Positions 1 through 10,860 of a stretch of DNA of 64,000 nt are shown here, piece after piece. This DNA comes from a virus (Duplodnaviria; Caudoviricetes). Within the stretch, counting starts at the first letter, position 1; every line of letters starts with the position of its first letter. The position numbers and the translations under genes were made by a program. Under the pieces are notes generated by a model. The model was given only the letters and a program-made list of their open reading frames with translations. It did not search any database and was not told the DNA's origin. The stretch is from the IMG/VR virus record IMGVR_UViG_3300000942_000002, positions 25,012-89,011 of that record; one strand, 5' to 3'.

Positions 1-756
1 GAGGAATCAAGTTGCTATACTGGAGATGAAAATTTTGATTGTGACTCGGATCTTGTGTCTATTTGTGACAGTGACATATCTCAGTATGAGCACATGCCTG
101 ATAATTATACTCTTGCTTTTTTAAACGCAGAAGAAACAAAATATCTTGATTCCCTAGCTCTTAATCAATTAGATTTAGACTGGACTTATACAATTTGGAC
201 TTCCTCGGAATACTACAAAAGAAATTTTACTCCTGTTAGATTAGCTACTGGAACTTTCTTTAATTCTTTAGTTTGTAAAGAAAAAGATAAATCTCTTTAT
301 TTAACGTGTGATTATGAATACACAGTTGTAGGTCAAACAGAAAAAAGGTTAAGATTTAATTTTATAGACGGAGATGTGGCAATTAGCTATTTAAAAAATT
401 CTGTTGATAAAGAAACAGGTTACCCTTTAATTCCAGATAATATCTCTTATATTACAGCTATTGTTTATTTTATTAGATGGAAAATAGCTGAAATGTATGA
501 TTGGGCAGGTAGAGAAGGTTGGGCTGTAAAAGCAGAAAAAGCTGAAGCAAAATGGTTAAAATATTGTCGTCAAGCTAAAAACAATATGAAGATGCCTAAA
601 ACTTTAGATGAGCATCAAAATCTTTTAGAGCAGACTCACTACTTAATTCCAGATCACAATAAATACTATGGTTTCTTTGGTAATCTTGGAAAAAGAAAAC
701 TAAGAAATTTTAATACTCTTGATAGAACCCGAACTAGAACTAGAACATATCGTTAA
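1..756 (+). CDS. Tail tubular/ring protein (crAss-like, P22 gp4-like position), 5'-truncated by the window
   Basis: The frame is open from base 1 (EESSCYTGDENFDCDSDLVSICDS...), so the true start lies upstream. Size and position directly before the large muzzle gene match crAss-like gene order. Assignment rests mostly on synteny. Confidence 0.6.
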   Translation, partial: EESSCYTGDENFDCDSDLVSICDSDISQYEHMPDNYTLAFLNAEETKYLDSLALNQLDLDWTYTIWTSSEYYKRNFTPVRLATGTFFNSLVCKEKDKSLYLTCDYEYTVVGQTEKRLRFNFIDGDVAISYLKNSVDKETGYPLIPDNISYITAIVYFIRWKIAEMYDWAGREGWAVKAEKAEAKWLKYCRQAKNNMKMPKTLDEHQNLLEQTHYLIPDHNKYYGFFGNLGKRKLRNFNTLDRTRTRTRTYR

Positions 757-3700
757 TGAAAAAGAATGTAACTCAAACTAAAAAAGGATTACACACTGAT
801 AATTCTCACATAGATATACCTAAAGGTACTTACCAATATGCCCTTAACGCTGTAAATGAAACAGAGGTAGGGGATTTATTTTTTGTTTCCAATGAAGAAA
901 GTAATGAGCCTTGTGGCCCATTGCCAGATGGTTATGTACCATTAGGAAAAGTGTACATTGGGAATAATCAGACTTTAATATTTTCTGTAAAAGATGATGA
1001 AACTTCTTCAGAAATTGGTATTAGAGATGAAGAATGTAATTATACTACACAAGTTAATGGGGATCTTGGATTTAAACTAAATCATCAGATTAGAGCTACG
1101 TATAGATTAAGAAGAGGTTGTGAAACTACTGTATATTGGGTAGATGGGATAAACAACAAACCTATGTATTATGTTGTTGAGAAACCAGAACAGTTTCAAG
1201 ATGCAGGAGGTAATTGGGACAAAAATAAGTTTGAGTTACAAAGAAGTTACAGTAGAGTACCTATTTTTCAAGATATAGAACTCCAAAATTCAGGTGGTCA
1301 ACTAGAACCTGGATCTTATAACATAGGTATACAATATTTAGATGAAAATTTGAATCCAACAGAATGGATTGTGACATCAGAGATTGTTAATGTATATAAT
1401 GATGATACTTCTGAAGCATTCTTAGACATTCGAGGAAGTATTAATATTGAAACTGGAGCTGATAACGAAGATTACAGAAATTTTTCTACTACAGATAAAT
1501 CTTTGAGAGTAGAGCTTTCTAATTTAGATGAAACTTTTTTATTCTATAGATTAGCTTTTATAGAAGCTACCTCTGGTAATGGTTTAGTTAATAATATTTA
1601 TTATACAGAAAATTTACCTATAGAGAATAATATCTTCATTTATACAGGGGTTAATTTTGCAACAGAAGGTACAGAAGAAGAAATTAAAGCTTTTAACAAT
1701 ATAATAGAGTCAGCCAGTTCTATTGAGCAAGCTGATAATATGCTATTATTAGGAGATGTTCAAGGCAAGCAAATTAATTTTTGTAAACTGCAACAGTATG
1801 CATCTAGGATAAAAGCAGATATGACTACAAGGAAAGTTTTGAATAATCAGCTTATTGATAAAGCAAACACTAAAAGTCCTACAGCTCGCTTTGAAGGAAT
1901 AGGATATATGCCTGGGGAAATCTATTCTTTTGGTATAGTCTATGTGTTTGCAGATGGAACTCAAAGCCCGGTATATCACATTCCAGGTAAAAGTCATAAT
2001 ATAATTGATACTGGAGGTAATGATGTCTCTGAAGACTTTGTTTTCAAACCGGGTACTGGTGGACAAAAAGTTTATCCAATGTCGATTGATAATGAAAGTG
2101 TTAACAGTAGATATAATGATAATAGTACTTGTGAAAATGAAGATTATTGGGGAGTAGATTCTATGGGGGATTCTCTAAGATTTCAAAAAGTTAGACATCA
2201 TAGATTTCCTTTAAGAAGTAAAATAAATCTAGATTTAGTAACTCTTGAAAACACTGTTGGAGGTACAAGTGAGTATTTTCAAATTAGATTAAATATACAA
2301 GGTAATCTACTTACTCCTTGTACACAAGCTGATATAGATGATGGGGACTGTGGGGCTATAGTAGAAACACCTCCATATCAGGTTAGAGTTACTTATGAAG
2401 TTGACGGAGTACAAGATACTATGACTGTTAATGTTAATCCTAGTGATTATGCTAGTGCTCATCCTTCAGTAGCTGTAGATTTTGTAGAACTTTCAAATTT
2501 TATTGTTTCTCCAAATATCACAATTCTTTCTATTGAAGAAGCTCAAAATGATAATTCTATATTTAATGTGGGAGTTGATAGTGGGAATGGGTCTGGCCAG
2601 CATGGTGCATTAACTTATACCGCTACTATTCAACCAGCAGAATTTACTGCTGAAACTAGAATATATTCTTCTGAAATATATGGAATACAGTTTTCTGGAA
2701 TAGAGTTGCCACCTTTAAGTGAAACAGGGGGAGAACAGATAGTTGGTTATTACATAGTAAGAAATGAAAGGACTGAAACAGAAAAAACTATATTAGATAG
2801 TGCTGTATTGGTGCCTTCAGTCACTAATGATAAATATGTATCTCATGGTTTACTATACCCCGAATTTGCTCAAGGGAGGAGAATATCTGATAGAGTTTAT
2901 GGTATGATACATCCTGAGTTCAAGTTTAATAATAAGAAATACCCTGAGTTTACAGAAATGATTCAGGAAGGGCAATTTGACGTTATAGACAGAAAAAAGA
3001 GTAAAAGTAGATATAGAGATGTACAGGATGGTACTAGTTATGATCCTTCAGTACATAAAAGTGGAGGAGGTACTGATAGAGATGGATGGTCTCTTAAAGC
3101 TATCACAAGGGATAATATTACAGAATACTCTAGAGTTACAAATGGTTTTAATTTTATCCAAGATGATATTGAAGATACTTTCTATTTAGATGCATTGCAA
3201 AGTAGAAATGTAGAGGAAGATACATTAACTATATACAATATTGCTGGAGACAACAAAACTGGAATTATACACCTTAAAGAAGATAATGATGTAGCTATAG
3301 ATAACAAGCTGCCTTATGTATACTTAAAAAGACCTATAGCAGATTCTTATTCTACTTTTAGATCTTTGCCTTACTATAAAACTAGTATAAACATGCATAA
3401 CTTCTTTTTGGAGAATGGTAATCCGGACCCAAATAGTGATACTGCTGTTGAATTCAATGGGGATACTTATATAACTCCTATGAGGTACTTAAATACTATG
3501 TGGTGGGACAATAGAATAGCTCAAAGAGCAGGAAGAACATCAGTATGGAACTATATTATTGGAGGTATCTTACTTATTGTAGGAGCTGTGCTTTTAATAT
3601 TTGGAGGATCTGGAGCTTTAGTTATTGGAGCAGGAATTGCCATTATTGGTGGAGGAGCTTTATTTATCTCTTCTGGTGTAAAAAGAGATGCTTTAGTTAG

Positions 3701-6569
3701 AGCTTACTATGATGAATATGACAAAGGACTTAGGGAAACAACTCTGGATTCATGGGTAAGTTATGAATATCAAGGCTTACCCTGTACAGGATATGGTAGG
3801 ACAAATTGTGATACACCTGAAGACGATGAAATAGAATGGATAGCAGATTGTGTTACTGACATGTGGTTTGAGTCTCAAGTTAATATTTCTTTACGTTATG
3901 GAATGACTACAGGAGTTCCTACATTCTTAGATGCTCCAGGCCGAGTAGAGACTGGTAATGATTTTATTGAAGGAGCCTATGAACATTTTGATATTTATAA
4001 ACAACGTGATGTATCTATTTATCCTTTTACAAAATTAGATCGTCATGTAATGGAGAAACTTTTAGCTTTTAACCCAGAAAGAGAAGATAGCCGTGAATAT
4101 ATAGGTCATCCTCTAGGTGAATGGTATGAAGTGAATCCAGATTATAGCAGAATAAATAGTCAAAAAACTTTCTTTCATTTACCTATTGAGTATGATTGCT
4201 GTTCAAATTGTCAAGAAGATTTCCCTCATAGGGTTCATTATTCAGAGCAATCTTTCCAAGAAGAGCTTACAGATAACTTCAGAGTTTTTCTTCCTAACAA
4301 TTACACAGATATTGAAGGAGAAACTGGAAGAATTACAGATATTTTTAGAATAAAAAATAATATCTATATTCACACTGAAGAAGGTCTTTGGCATCAGCCA
4401 CAAAACTACCAAGAAAGGGTAACAGGAGATATTGTTTCTTTTATTGGAACTGGAGGATATTTTACTGTACCTCCAAGAAAAATACTAGATGACAACAAGG
4501 CTTCTGGAGGAACTAAACATAGAGAGGCTACCATAAAAACTAAGCATGGGGTTTTCTATGTATCTGAAAATGAAAATAAAATATATCGTTTTGATGGTAA
4601 TCAATTAGAAGCTATTAGTGATATTGGTATGACTAATTGGTTTAAAGAAAACACTAGATTACAATTGTTAGAAGATTACTATAATGCAAATGGAGGACAT
4701 TACCCTTACGATAATAATCCTTCTAATCCTTATGGAGTTGGATTTATATCTACTTACGATACTAAGAAAGAAAGATTAATATTTACTAAGAAAGATTCCA
4801 TATTAGCAAGTGATATAACAGATAGCAATGATTTTGAAATATGCAGCCAAAATGGCGACCTAATTATTTTTGAAGGTTTTCAACAAACTATCGATACTTA
4901 TGCTGCTAGTGGTTGGAGATATGTGGGAATTGAGGAATGTAGGATGAAGTTTGAAAAAACTGGTTTCAACACAGAAGTCCAGATTGGAGAAGTTACTACA
5001 ACTATTGTGATTCCTCCAGACACTATTGTAATTCCTTTCTTTGATACCACTTCTATGACAGGTAGTACAATTGACAATATTTCTGCGACAATTGACGCTT
5101 GGTTCCCAGGTTTTAAAGCTTCAGTTAATGGTGGAGTAAATAATTTGACTCTTTTAAATCCTGGCACTTGGAATAGATGGGGAACAGAAAACTGGGTGCA
5201 AGATGTCCCTCAGTTAGCTTTAAATGCTGTTGGTCCAGGGAAAGATGTTTTGCTTTTAACTTTTGTGGATGAAGTAAACAATGGTTTTCATGGAGGAAGT
5301 ATCACATCTCCTATGAGTAGCCCTTCTCCAACTTATATGGCAAGTGTAAATAATTTTATTTCAAACATTCATCCTCAGTACGGTAATTTTATTGCAATAA
5401 ATTACCCTATAGTTAGAGTTTCAAATGAATGTAAAGAATATTTACAACATGCCATAGCTGCTATTGAAGGGGAAAACATGACTGTTGCTCAAGTTGATGC
5501 TTTATCTCAAAATGGTAATTTTTCAAATGCGGAGTGGGATATAGTTAAAGCAAACTTACAATCAAATCCTTATTCTGCTTTACCAGCACTTAAAGACTAT
5601 GGTTGGTTATACAAAGAAAATAGAGTGGATGGTGTTGATAATAATGGCACTGTTGAATGCCCTGTAGATGGTGTGTCTGTATTAACTCCCTGCCAATTTA
5701 CAAAAGATATAGAGGAGGTTTTAGTTACTCAAACTACTACAACTGTTACTCCTACTCCTGTAGAAGTTAGAGTACCATATATTCAGAATACCTATGTAGA
5801 TGGGGAAGTAGTAGAGAATTTTGCTGACGGAGATAATTCATGGACAATGAGTTATTCTTTAAAAGCAAAGAGTTGGACTTCATGGCATTCATATTTACCA
5901 AATTTCTTTTACAATATTGCTGAGAAATTCTATTCTTGGGCATTTGGTAAAAAAGATGGTAATACAAATACTTTTTGGAGACATAATAGAAAAGGATATT
6001 ATCAAAATTTCTATGGAGAGAGACATCCTTTTTCTGTGGAATATACAGCGATGTCAGAACCTCTAAAAACAAAAATATGGGATGACATAACCTTACACAC
6101 TGAGGCAAAGAGGTATAATCCAGAAATGAAGCAATACGTTGATGTGAGAGATGTAACTTTTAATAAAGGAATCTTTTATAATACTCGTCAATGTTCTGGT
6201 CTATTAAACTTAAAACCTAAGAATACTGATACACCTGATGAAGACTATATGATGCAACAAATTGTAAATGTAGATCCAGGAACAATTATAATTGATAGAA
6301 ACGAAAGAGATTGGTCTATTAATGATATTAGAGATATAAGAGTTGATTATGATCAACCTATATTTAATGCTGATATTCTTGCAAGACAATCTGAATATTA
6401 TACAGATAAAATCTTAAATGATTCATCTTTAGATGAAAATAAAGACTGGGATCAGTTGGAGAGTTTAAGGGATAAATATTTGGTAGTTAGGTTAATATTT
6501 GATACTTTTGACGATGTTAAGTTGATAATGAACTATTCTATTGAAAATGAAACAGATTCCTTTAGATAA
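756..6569 (+). CDS. Muzzle / tail stabilisation protein (P22 gp10-like, crAss-like) with inserted domains
   Basis: 1937 aa. The N-terminus (KGTYQYALNAVNE...SNEESNEPC) and C-terminus (WTMSYSLKAKSWTSWHSYLP...LRDKYLVVRL) resemble crAss-like stabilisation proteins. It lies between the ring and cargo genes. Confidence 0.75.
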   Translation: MKKNVTQTKKGLHTDNSHIDIPKGTYQYALNAVNETEVGDLFFVSNEESNEPCGPLPDGYVPLGKVYIGNNQTLIFSVKDDETSSEIGIRDEECNYTTQVNGDLGFKLNHQIRATYRLRRGCETTVYWVDGINNKPMYYVVEKPEQFQDAGGNWDKNKFELQRSYSRVPIFQDIELQNSGGQLEPGSYNIGIQYLDENLNPTEWIVTSEIVNVYNDDTSEAFLDIRGSINIETGADNEDYRNFSTTDKSLRVELSNLDETFLFYRLAFIEATSGNGLVNNIYYTENLPIENNIFIYTGVNFATEGTEEEIKAFNNIIESASSIEQADNMLLLGDVQGKQINFCKLQQYASRIKADMTTRKVLNNQLIDKANTKSPTARFEGIGYMPGEIYSFGIVYVFADGTQSPVYHIPGKSHNIIDTGGNDVSEDFVFKPGTGGQKVYPMSIDNESVNSRYNDNSTCENEDYWGVDSMGDSLRFQKVRHHRFPLRSKINLDLVTLENTVGGTSEYFQIRLNIQGNLLTPCTQADIDDGDCGAIVETPPYQVRVTYEVDGVQDTMTVNVNPSDYASAHPSVAVDFVELSNFIVSPNITILSIEEAQNDNSIFNVGVDSGNGSGQHGALTYTATIQPAEFTAETRIYSSEIYGIQFSGIELPPLSETGGEQIVGYYIVRNERTETEKTILDSAVLVPSVTNDKYVSHGLLYPEFAQGRRISDRVYGMIHPEFKFNNKKYPEFTEMIQEGQFDVIDRKKSKSRYRDVQDGTSYDPSVHKSGGGTDRDGWSLKAITRDNITEYSRVTNGFNFIQDDIEDTFYLDALQSRNVEEDTLTIYNIAGDNKTGIIHLKEDNDVAIDNKLPYVYLKRPIADSYSTFRSLPYYKTSINMHNFFLENGNPDPNSDTAVEFNGDTYITPMRYLNTMWWDNRIAQRAGRTSVWNYIIGGILLIVGAVLLIFGGSGALVIGAGIAIIGGGALFISSGVKRDALVRAYYDEYDKGLRETTLDSWVSYEYQGLPCTGYGRTNCDTPEDDEIEWIADCVTDMWFESQVNISLRYGMTTGVPTFLDAPGRVETGNDFIEGAYEHFDIYKQRDVSIYPFTKLDRHVMEKLLAFNPEREDSREYIGHPLGEWYEVNPDYSRINSQKTFFHLPIEYDCCSNCQEDFPHRVHYSEQSFQEELTDNFRVFLPNNYTDIEGETGRITDIFRIKNNIYIHTEEGLWHQPQNYQERVTGDIVSFIGTGGYFTVPPRKILDDNKASGGTKHREATIKTKHGVFYVSENENKIYRFDGNQLEAISDIGMTNWFKENTRLQLLEDYYNANGGHYPYDNNPSNPYGVGFISTYDTKKERLIFTKKDSILASDITDSNDFEICSQNGDLIIFEGFQQTIDTYAASGWRYVGIEECRMKFEKTGFNTEVQIGEVTTTIVIPPDTIVIPFFDTTSMTGSTIDNISATIDAWFPGFKASVNGGVNNLTLLNPGTWNRWGTENWVQDVPQLALNAVGPGKDVLLLTFVDEVNNGFHGGSITSPMSSPSPTYMASVNNFISNIHPQYGNFIAINYPIVRVSNECKEYLQHAIAAIEGENMTVAQVDALSQNGNFSNAEWDIVKANLQSNPYSALPALKDYGWLYKENRVDGVDNNGTVECPVDGVSVLTPCQFTKDIEEVLVTQTTTTVTPTPVEVRVPYIQNTYVDGEVVENFADGDNSWTMSYSLKAKSWTSWHSYLPNFFYNIAEKFYSWAFGKKDGNTNTFWRHNRKGYYQNFYGERHPFSVEYTAMSEPLKTKIWDDITLHTEAKRYNPEMKQYVDVRDVTFNKGIFYNTRQCSGLLNLKPKNTDTPDEDYMMQQIVNVDPGTIIIDRNERDWSINDIRDIRVDYDQPIFNADILARQSEYYTDKILNDSSLDENKDWDQLESLRDKYLVVRLIFDTFDDVKLIMNYSIENETDSFR

Positions 6570-6597
6570 ACATTAAACTTAACTAATTAATAAAATT

Positions 6598-9000
6598 ATG
6601 AAAAGAAAGAAAAAGAAAAAATATTCTTTAGGAACTGGTAAAAATGGTGTTGTAAGACATTATATCGAGTCTCCAAATGAAACCTTAGTAGAGAATGATA
6701 TTGCTATGGCAAGAGCCAGAGAGAAAGCAAACAATAATGCTTGGGGCCAAGGTTTAGATCTTTTCGGTAATATGGCTATGCAGTATGGTCTCAGCATGGC
6801 AGGAGGAAGTGGAGGTGCTGCTAAAGGAATAGGCCAAGGTTTTGGTAATATTTTTGGTGGTGCACAGCAAATGGGTAATGGAGGAAAAGTGAAAAAGAAT
6901 CCTGGGGCAGATAAAAAGTCTATAAAAGTTCTTCAACGTAGGTTAAAAGAAGAAGGTTTATACACAGGCAAAATTGATGGCCTTTTTGGTAAGAATACTC
7001 AAGCAGCCTATGAAGCTTTTGAAGCTAAGGCTGCTGAAGGAGGACAAGAATCTGGATTTATACCTTTAAATATTAAGAGTCTTTTTAATGATGTAGCTGG
7101 CAGTAAAAGTGATATTACTCGTAAATCTTTATCTGAGGATGAATTAGCAGCTCTACAAGATATTGTGAGGACAAATCTTTCTCAAGGTAGAAATACGATT
7201 TCTTATGATGATTTTAAAACAGATGAACTTCCTTCAGCTAAAGGAGAAAAACCTAAAACAGAAGGCAAATTAAGTGTTTACGATAAGTTAACTGATCCTT
7301 ATTACAAATTAAAAACTACTGTAGGTAGAGCAAATATTGTTACTACTCCTACAGACACCTTAGTTATTGATACTTATGATTTCAATGATGCAAAAAAAGA
7401 AAAAGGATCTTTTGATAATTATATAAAAAATTTGAAAGAAAATCCATCTTTATATAATGCAGCCAGAGGTCTTGGGACAAATTTTGGTAGTGCAGATGGA
7501 GAAGGAGCTTCAGTAATCATAAATACAAATGCAAATAAAAAAGCTGTAACAAAACAAGCTTCTTCAGAGGAAGAGGAAGAAGGATTTTTTATGTCCTTGT
7601 TTAACAGTGTATTTGGAGATGAAGAAAAAGCTTATGGAGGAAAAGTACAGGGAGCTAGAGTAGAGGTTGAAGGAGGAGAAGTAGGAGAAGCTCCTAATGG
7701 GCAAATGATTGACTTTAAAGGACCCTCACATGAGAATGGAGGGATAGGAGTTGAATTACCTGAAGGTACAGAAATATTCTCTAAAAGAATTAAAGTTGGA
7801 GGAAAAACTATGGCAGAAAGAAAGAAAGCACGTAGAAAGAAAATAGTCAGTTTAGAAAAACTTTTAGAAAAGAATGGAGATGATATTGTATTAAAAAATA
7901 CAGTTAAAAGAACAAAAAGGTCTAACGAAATAGAGGAACAAAAAGATCAAGAGCTACAAGAAATGGTAGGAGCAATGCAAGAAGTAGCTTCTTTTGCTTA
8001 TGGTACAGGTAAAAATGGAGTGAGAAAAATGGAGTATGCAAATGGTGGTACTATCTTTGGAAATCTTTTTAGTAAAATATTTGGAGGAAAACAGACAGGC
8101 CCAGTTTATAATGAAGATGGTTTCTTGGATCCTTCTAGTGTAAACTTTAAAAGTGACAATGCTAGTAATGATCTAGGTATTTCGGACTCTACTTTAACTC
8201 CAGGGGTAAATGACTTCAGTTATGGAGATGAAACTATATTAGGTGAAAATGTCCTGCCTGGAGAAAAATCTTCTATGAACTTCCCGAATTTCACAGGAGG
8301 AGACTTAGTAGGTATGGCTGGAACTATATATTCTGCTTTTGAGCCTATGAAAAATACTCAAGCAAACAGAGCAGGAGACACTCCTAACATAAATATGTTC
8401 AAGGATTTTGGTAATGATGCTTTAGACAGAATAGAAGAAGCTAAAGGATATGTTGGCCAACAAAGAGACAAAGCTTTAAAGGACTTAGAAACCAGTAGAA
8501 CTAGAACTACAAGAGCTAACAGAAATACTGCTAGAGGGGTGAATACCTTAAGAGCATTAGATCTAGCTACTGATGTAAATGCCAATGAAGCTCAAGCTGA
8601 CATCTATGATAACTTCTCTAAGAACATGATGGATTTATTGTCTAAACAAGCTGGCTTTGAAAACCAACAAGACCAAGCTGTGATGTCTGGAGAGCAAGCT
8701 AGAGATTTAGCTGACAGACAAGACCGTGATAATTATTACACTCAAATAGCTGAAGATATTGCAACTAAAGGCCAAGGTATACAACAAATAGGAAAAATGT
8801 TGAATCAAAATAAATACAACACAGCAGCAGAGCAAGCTGTTAATGATTCTTCAGTAAACTTTCAATATGATAATGGAGTATTAACTGACAAAGCTGGAAA
8901 TCCTGTAATGTCCCAAGTGGAATTAGAGCAAGCAGCTAAGTCAATGGGAATTACTGTTGATCAGTATATTAGTTTATTAAACCAACAAAATAATGGGTAG
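6598..9000 (+). CDS. Virion cargo (ejection) protein 1-like, with an inserted peptidoglycan-binding domain
   Basis: Contains VEVEGGE...GPSHENGG and repeated (Y/F)xxGG motifs typical of crAss-like cargo proteins, plus the PG_binding_1-like segment LQRRLKEEGLYTGKIDGLFGKNT. The C-terminus is helical and Q/N/A-rich. Confidence 0.65.
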   Translation: MKRKKKKKYSLGTGKNGVVRHYIESPNETLVENDIAMARAREKANNNAWGQGLDLFGNMAMQYGLSMAGGSGGAAKGIGQGFGNIFGGAQQMGNGGKVKKNPGADKKSIKVLQRRLKEEGLYTGKIDGLFGKNTQAAYEAFEAKAAEGGQESGFIPLNIKSLFNDVAGSKSDITRKSLSEDELAALQDIVRTNLSQGRNTISYDDFKTDELPSAKGEKPKTEGKLSVYDKLTDPYYKLKTTVGRANIVTTPTDTLVIDTYDFNDAKKEKGSFDNYIKNLKENPSLYNAARGLGTNFGSADGEGASVIINTNANKKAVTKQASSEEEEEGFFMSLFNSVFGDEEKAYGGKVQGARVEVEGGEVGEAPNGQMIDFKGPSHENGGIGVELPEGTEIFSKRIKVGGKTMAERKKARRKKIVSLEKLLEKNGDDIVLKNTVKRTKRSNEIEEQKDQELQEMVGAMQEVASFAYGTGKNGVRKMEYANGGTIFGNLFSKIFGGKQTGPVYNEDGFLDPSSVNFKSDNASNDLGISDSTLTPGVNDFSYGDETILGENVLPGEKSSMNFPNFTGGDLVGMAGTIYSAFEPMKNTQANRAGDTPNINMFKDFGNDALDRIEEAKGYVGQQRDKALKDLETSRTRTTRANRNTARGVNTLRALDLATDVNANEAQADIYDNFSKNMMDLLSKQAGFENQQDQAVMSGEQARDLADRQDRDNYYTQIAEDIATKGQGIQQIGKMLNQNKYNTAAEQAVNDSSVNFQYDNGVLTDKAGNPVMSQVELEQAAKSMGITVDQYISLLNQQNNG

Positions 9001-10855
9001 ATTTTATAAAACAGCTAAACCTACTTTTGTAGATGATATTATATATCAAGCACCTCATGAATTAATGCTTAACGCTTTAAAAACTCAGGATGCAGCTTTT
9101 GATAAACAACAAAAAGAATTAGATGCATTCGATACTATGGGGGATCTTCTAGATTTTGTTGATAAAGACAGAGGAGCCAGAAATGAACGTCTTGATTATC
9201 ACAGAGGAAGAGCCAGTGAAATAGCTGAAAAGATATCTAAAAACCCAGCCCTCTATAAGAATTATTTAGGTGAGATTAATCGAGCTAAAAAAGAGTTTCA
9301 GCAGGATATTAAATCTGGAGATCTTTTTGAAATGGACAGAACTGCAAAAAGAAGAACTAAACTTATTGATCAAATTAATAAAAATAAGAATATTAGTGAA
9401 GAAGCAAGAAATCAAGCTTTACTAACTATTGATAGAAATTATAAAGGGGTTGGCCAAGGAGATTTTGCAGAGAATATCCATATATATGATCAAATAGATG
9501 AAACTCAGTTTCAAAAAGATTTGAAAGCCATTATCAATGTAGATACAGAAGGAACTAGTACAACAGTACCTAAAAGTGGTTATCTGATAACTGATGGAGA
9601 AACAAAGACATATTTAACTGATGAAAGGCTTTCTCAGATTGTTGAGAATGATCCTACTATGGATAAATGGAAAAGAGAACAACTACAAACTCTAACAAGA
9701 AGATTAGAGAATGGGGAGTTTGATTCAGAAGGAGATATGCAAAACGAATACAGAAGAAGGTTAGAAAATTTCAAGCAGAATACTATTGATAAGTTAGGGT
9801 ATAAAAAAGTTAGTAATGTACATGATCTAAAAACAGATAGTGCATACTGGCAGAAGAAAAGACTTGGATTAGACTGGGCTAAATTTAATCATCAGAAACA
9901 AAAAGATGAAGCTGGACTTAATTCTTATCAAGTAGAAATGGCAGGAAACTATGAAAACCTTGATGACAATAAAATCAACCAATTGTATGGTATGGGTGAA
10001 CCTACTAGAGCTGAGGGGCCTGCCAATCCTGCTACAGGACAATTCCCAAGTGTCCCTCTATCTACTGCTGAGAAAAGACAAAGATTAGAGGCTGAAAAGA
10101 AAACACTTAATGATAAACTTACTAAACTAGGGATGACTCCAGAGGATTTCAGAAGTAAGATGATGACTCATGAAGGAAGAATACAATTAGCAGAAACTTT
10201 AGGTATGTCTAAAGAGAAGTTGGCTAGACAAGCCAATTACAATAAGAACTATGCTTTCCATAGTGTTAAGTCTCCTGTAGAAGAAGGACAAAATGTAATT
10301 GAGAATGCTAAATATTTGAAAACTGTTACGAACACTTTTAATAATCTTCCTCCAAATGAAAAAGTTAAAGTAAAAATAATTGACTCAAAAGGTAACGTAG
10401 AAACAGAAAATACCTTATCTTTGGGCGAAGCTTTTGAAAAAGGTTATGTTCAAGGACAAACTTCAGCTCAAAATGAAAGAGATTTAGTTTGGGATGGTAA
10501 CCTTCAAGGATATGCTGCTGGGAATGGTGGAATCGTAATGATGCCTAACCCTAATCATGATCCTGATGATGAAGATTCAGATGAAGAAATTCCAGCTACT
10601 AAAGAATACGCTTTATCTAGTGGAAGAGCAAAATCAAAAATGGTAAAAGTTCAAAAATTCGATGCTACAAAACCGTTACTACATATTCAATCAGATCAAG
10701 TGTCTCAGTCCAAAGAAAGAAATTTTGGAAATGGGAGAACCAAAGCTACAGAAAAAGACATGCACAACATTCACACATCTAAAATAATAGATGGTGAGTT
10801 AAAGACTATCGTAATCAGTAAGGAACTAAAAATAGATCCTTTAAAAACACAATAA
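8993..10855 (+). CDS. Putative virion cargo/ejection protein
   Basis: 620 aa, charged and helical, N-terminus MGRFYKT. It sits between cargo 1 and the vRNAP; the call is from synteny. Confidence 0.5.
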   Translation: MGRFYKTAKPTFVDDIIYQAPHELMLNALKTQDAAFDKQQKELDAFDTMGDLLDFVDKDRGARNERLDYHRGRASEIAEKISKNPALYKNYLGEINRAKKEFQQDIKSGDLFEMDRTAKRRTKLIDQINKNKNISEEARNQALLTIDRNYKGVGQGDFAENIHIYDQIDETQFQKDLKAIINVDTEGTSTTVPKSGYLITDGETKTYLTDERLSQIVENDPTMDKWKREQLQTLTRRLENGEFDSEGDMQNEYRRRLENFKQNTIDKLGYKKVSNVHDLKTDSAYWQKKRLGLDWAKFNHQKQKDEAGLNSYQVEMAGNYENLDDNKINQLYGMGEPTRAEGPANPATGQFPSVPLSTAEKRQRLEAEKKTLNDKLTKLGMTPEDFRSKMMTHEGRIQLAETLGMSKEKLARQANYNKNYAFHSVKSPVEEGQNVIENAKYLKTVTNTFNNLPPNEKVKVKIIDSKGNVETENTLSLGEAFEKGYVQGQTSAQNERDLVWDGNLQGYAAGNGGIVMMPNPNHDPDDEDSDEEIPATKEYALSSGRAKSKMVKVQKFDATKPLLHIQSDQVSQSKERNFGNGRTKATEKDMHNIHTSKIIDGELKTIVISKELKIDPLKTQ

Positions 10856-10860
10856 TAAAT

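Noticed and set aside
724-752. AGAACT microsatellite encoding RTRTRTRT
   Set aside because: Only about four imperfect units in a basic C-terminal tail; no evidence of a contingency locus.
6598-6624. NLS-like MKRKKKKK N-terminus
   Set aside because: Bacterial phage context; most simply an A-rich translation-start region or a DNA-binding basic tail.
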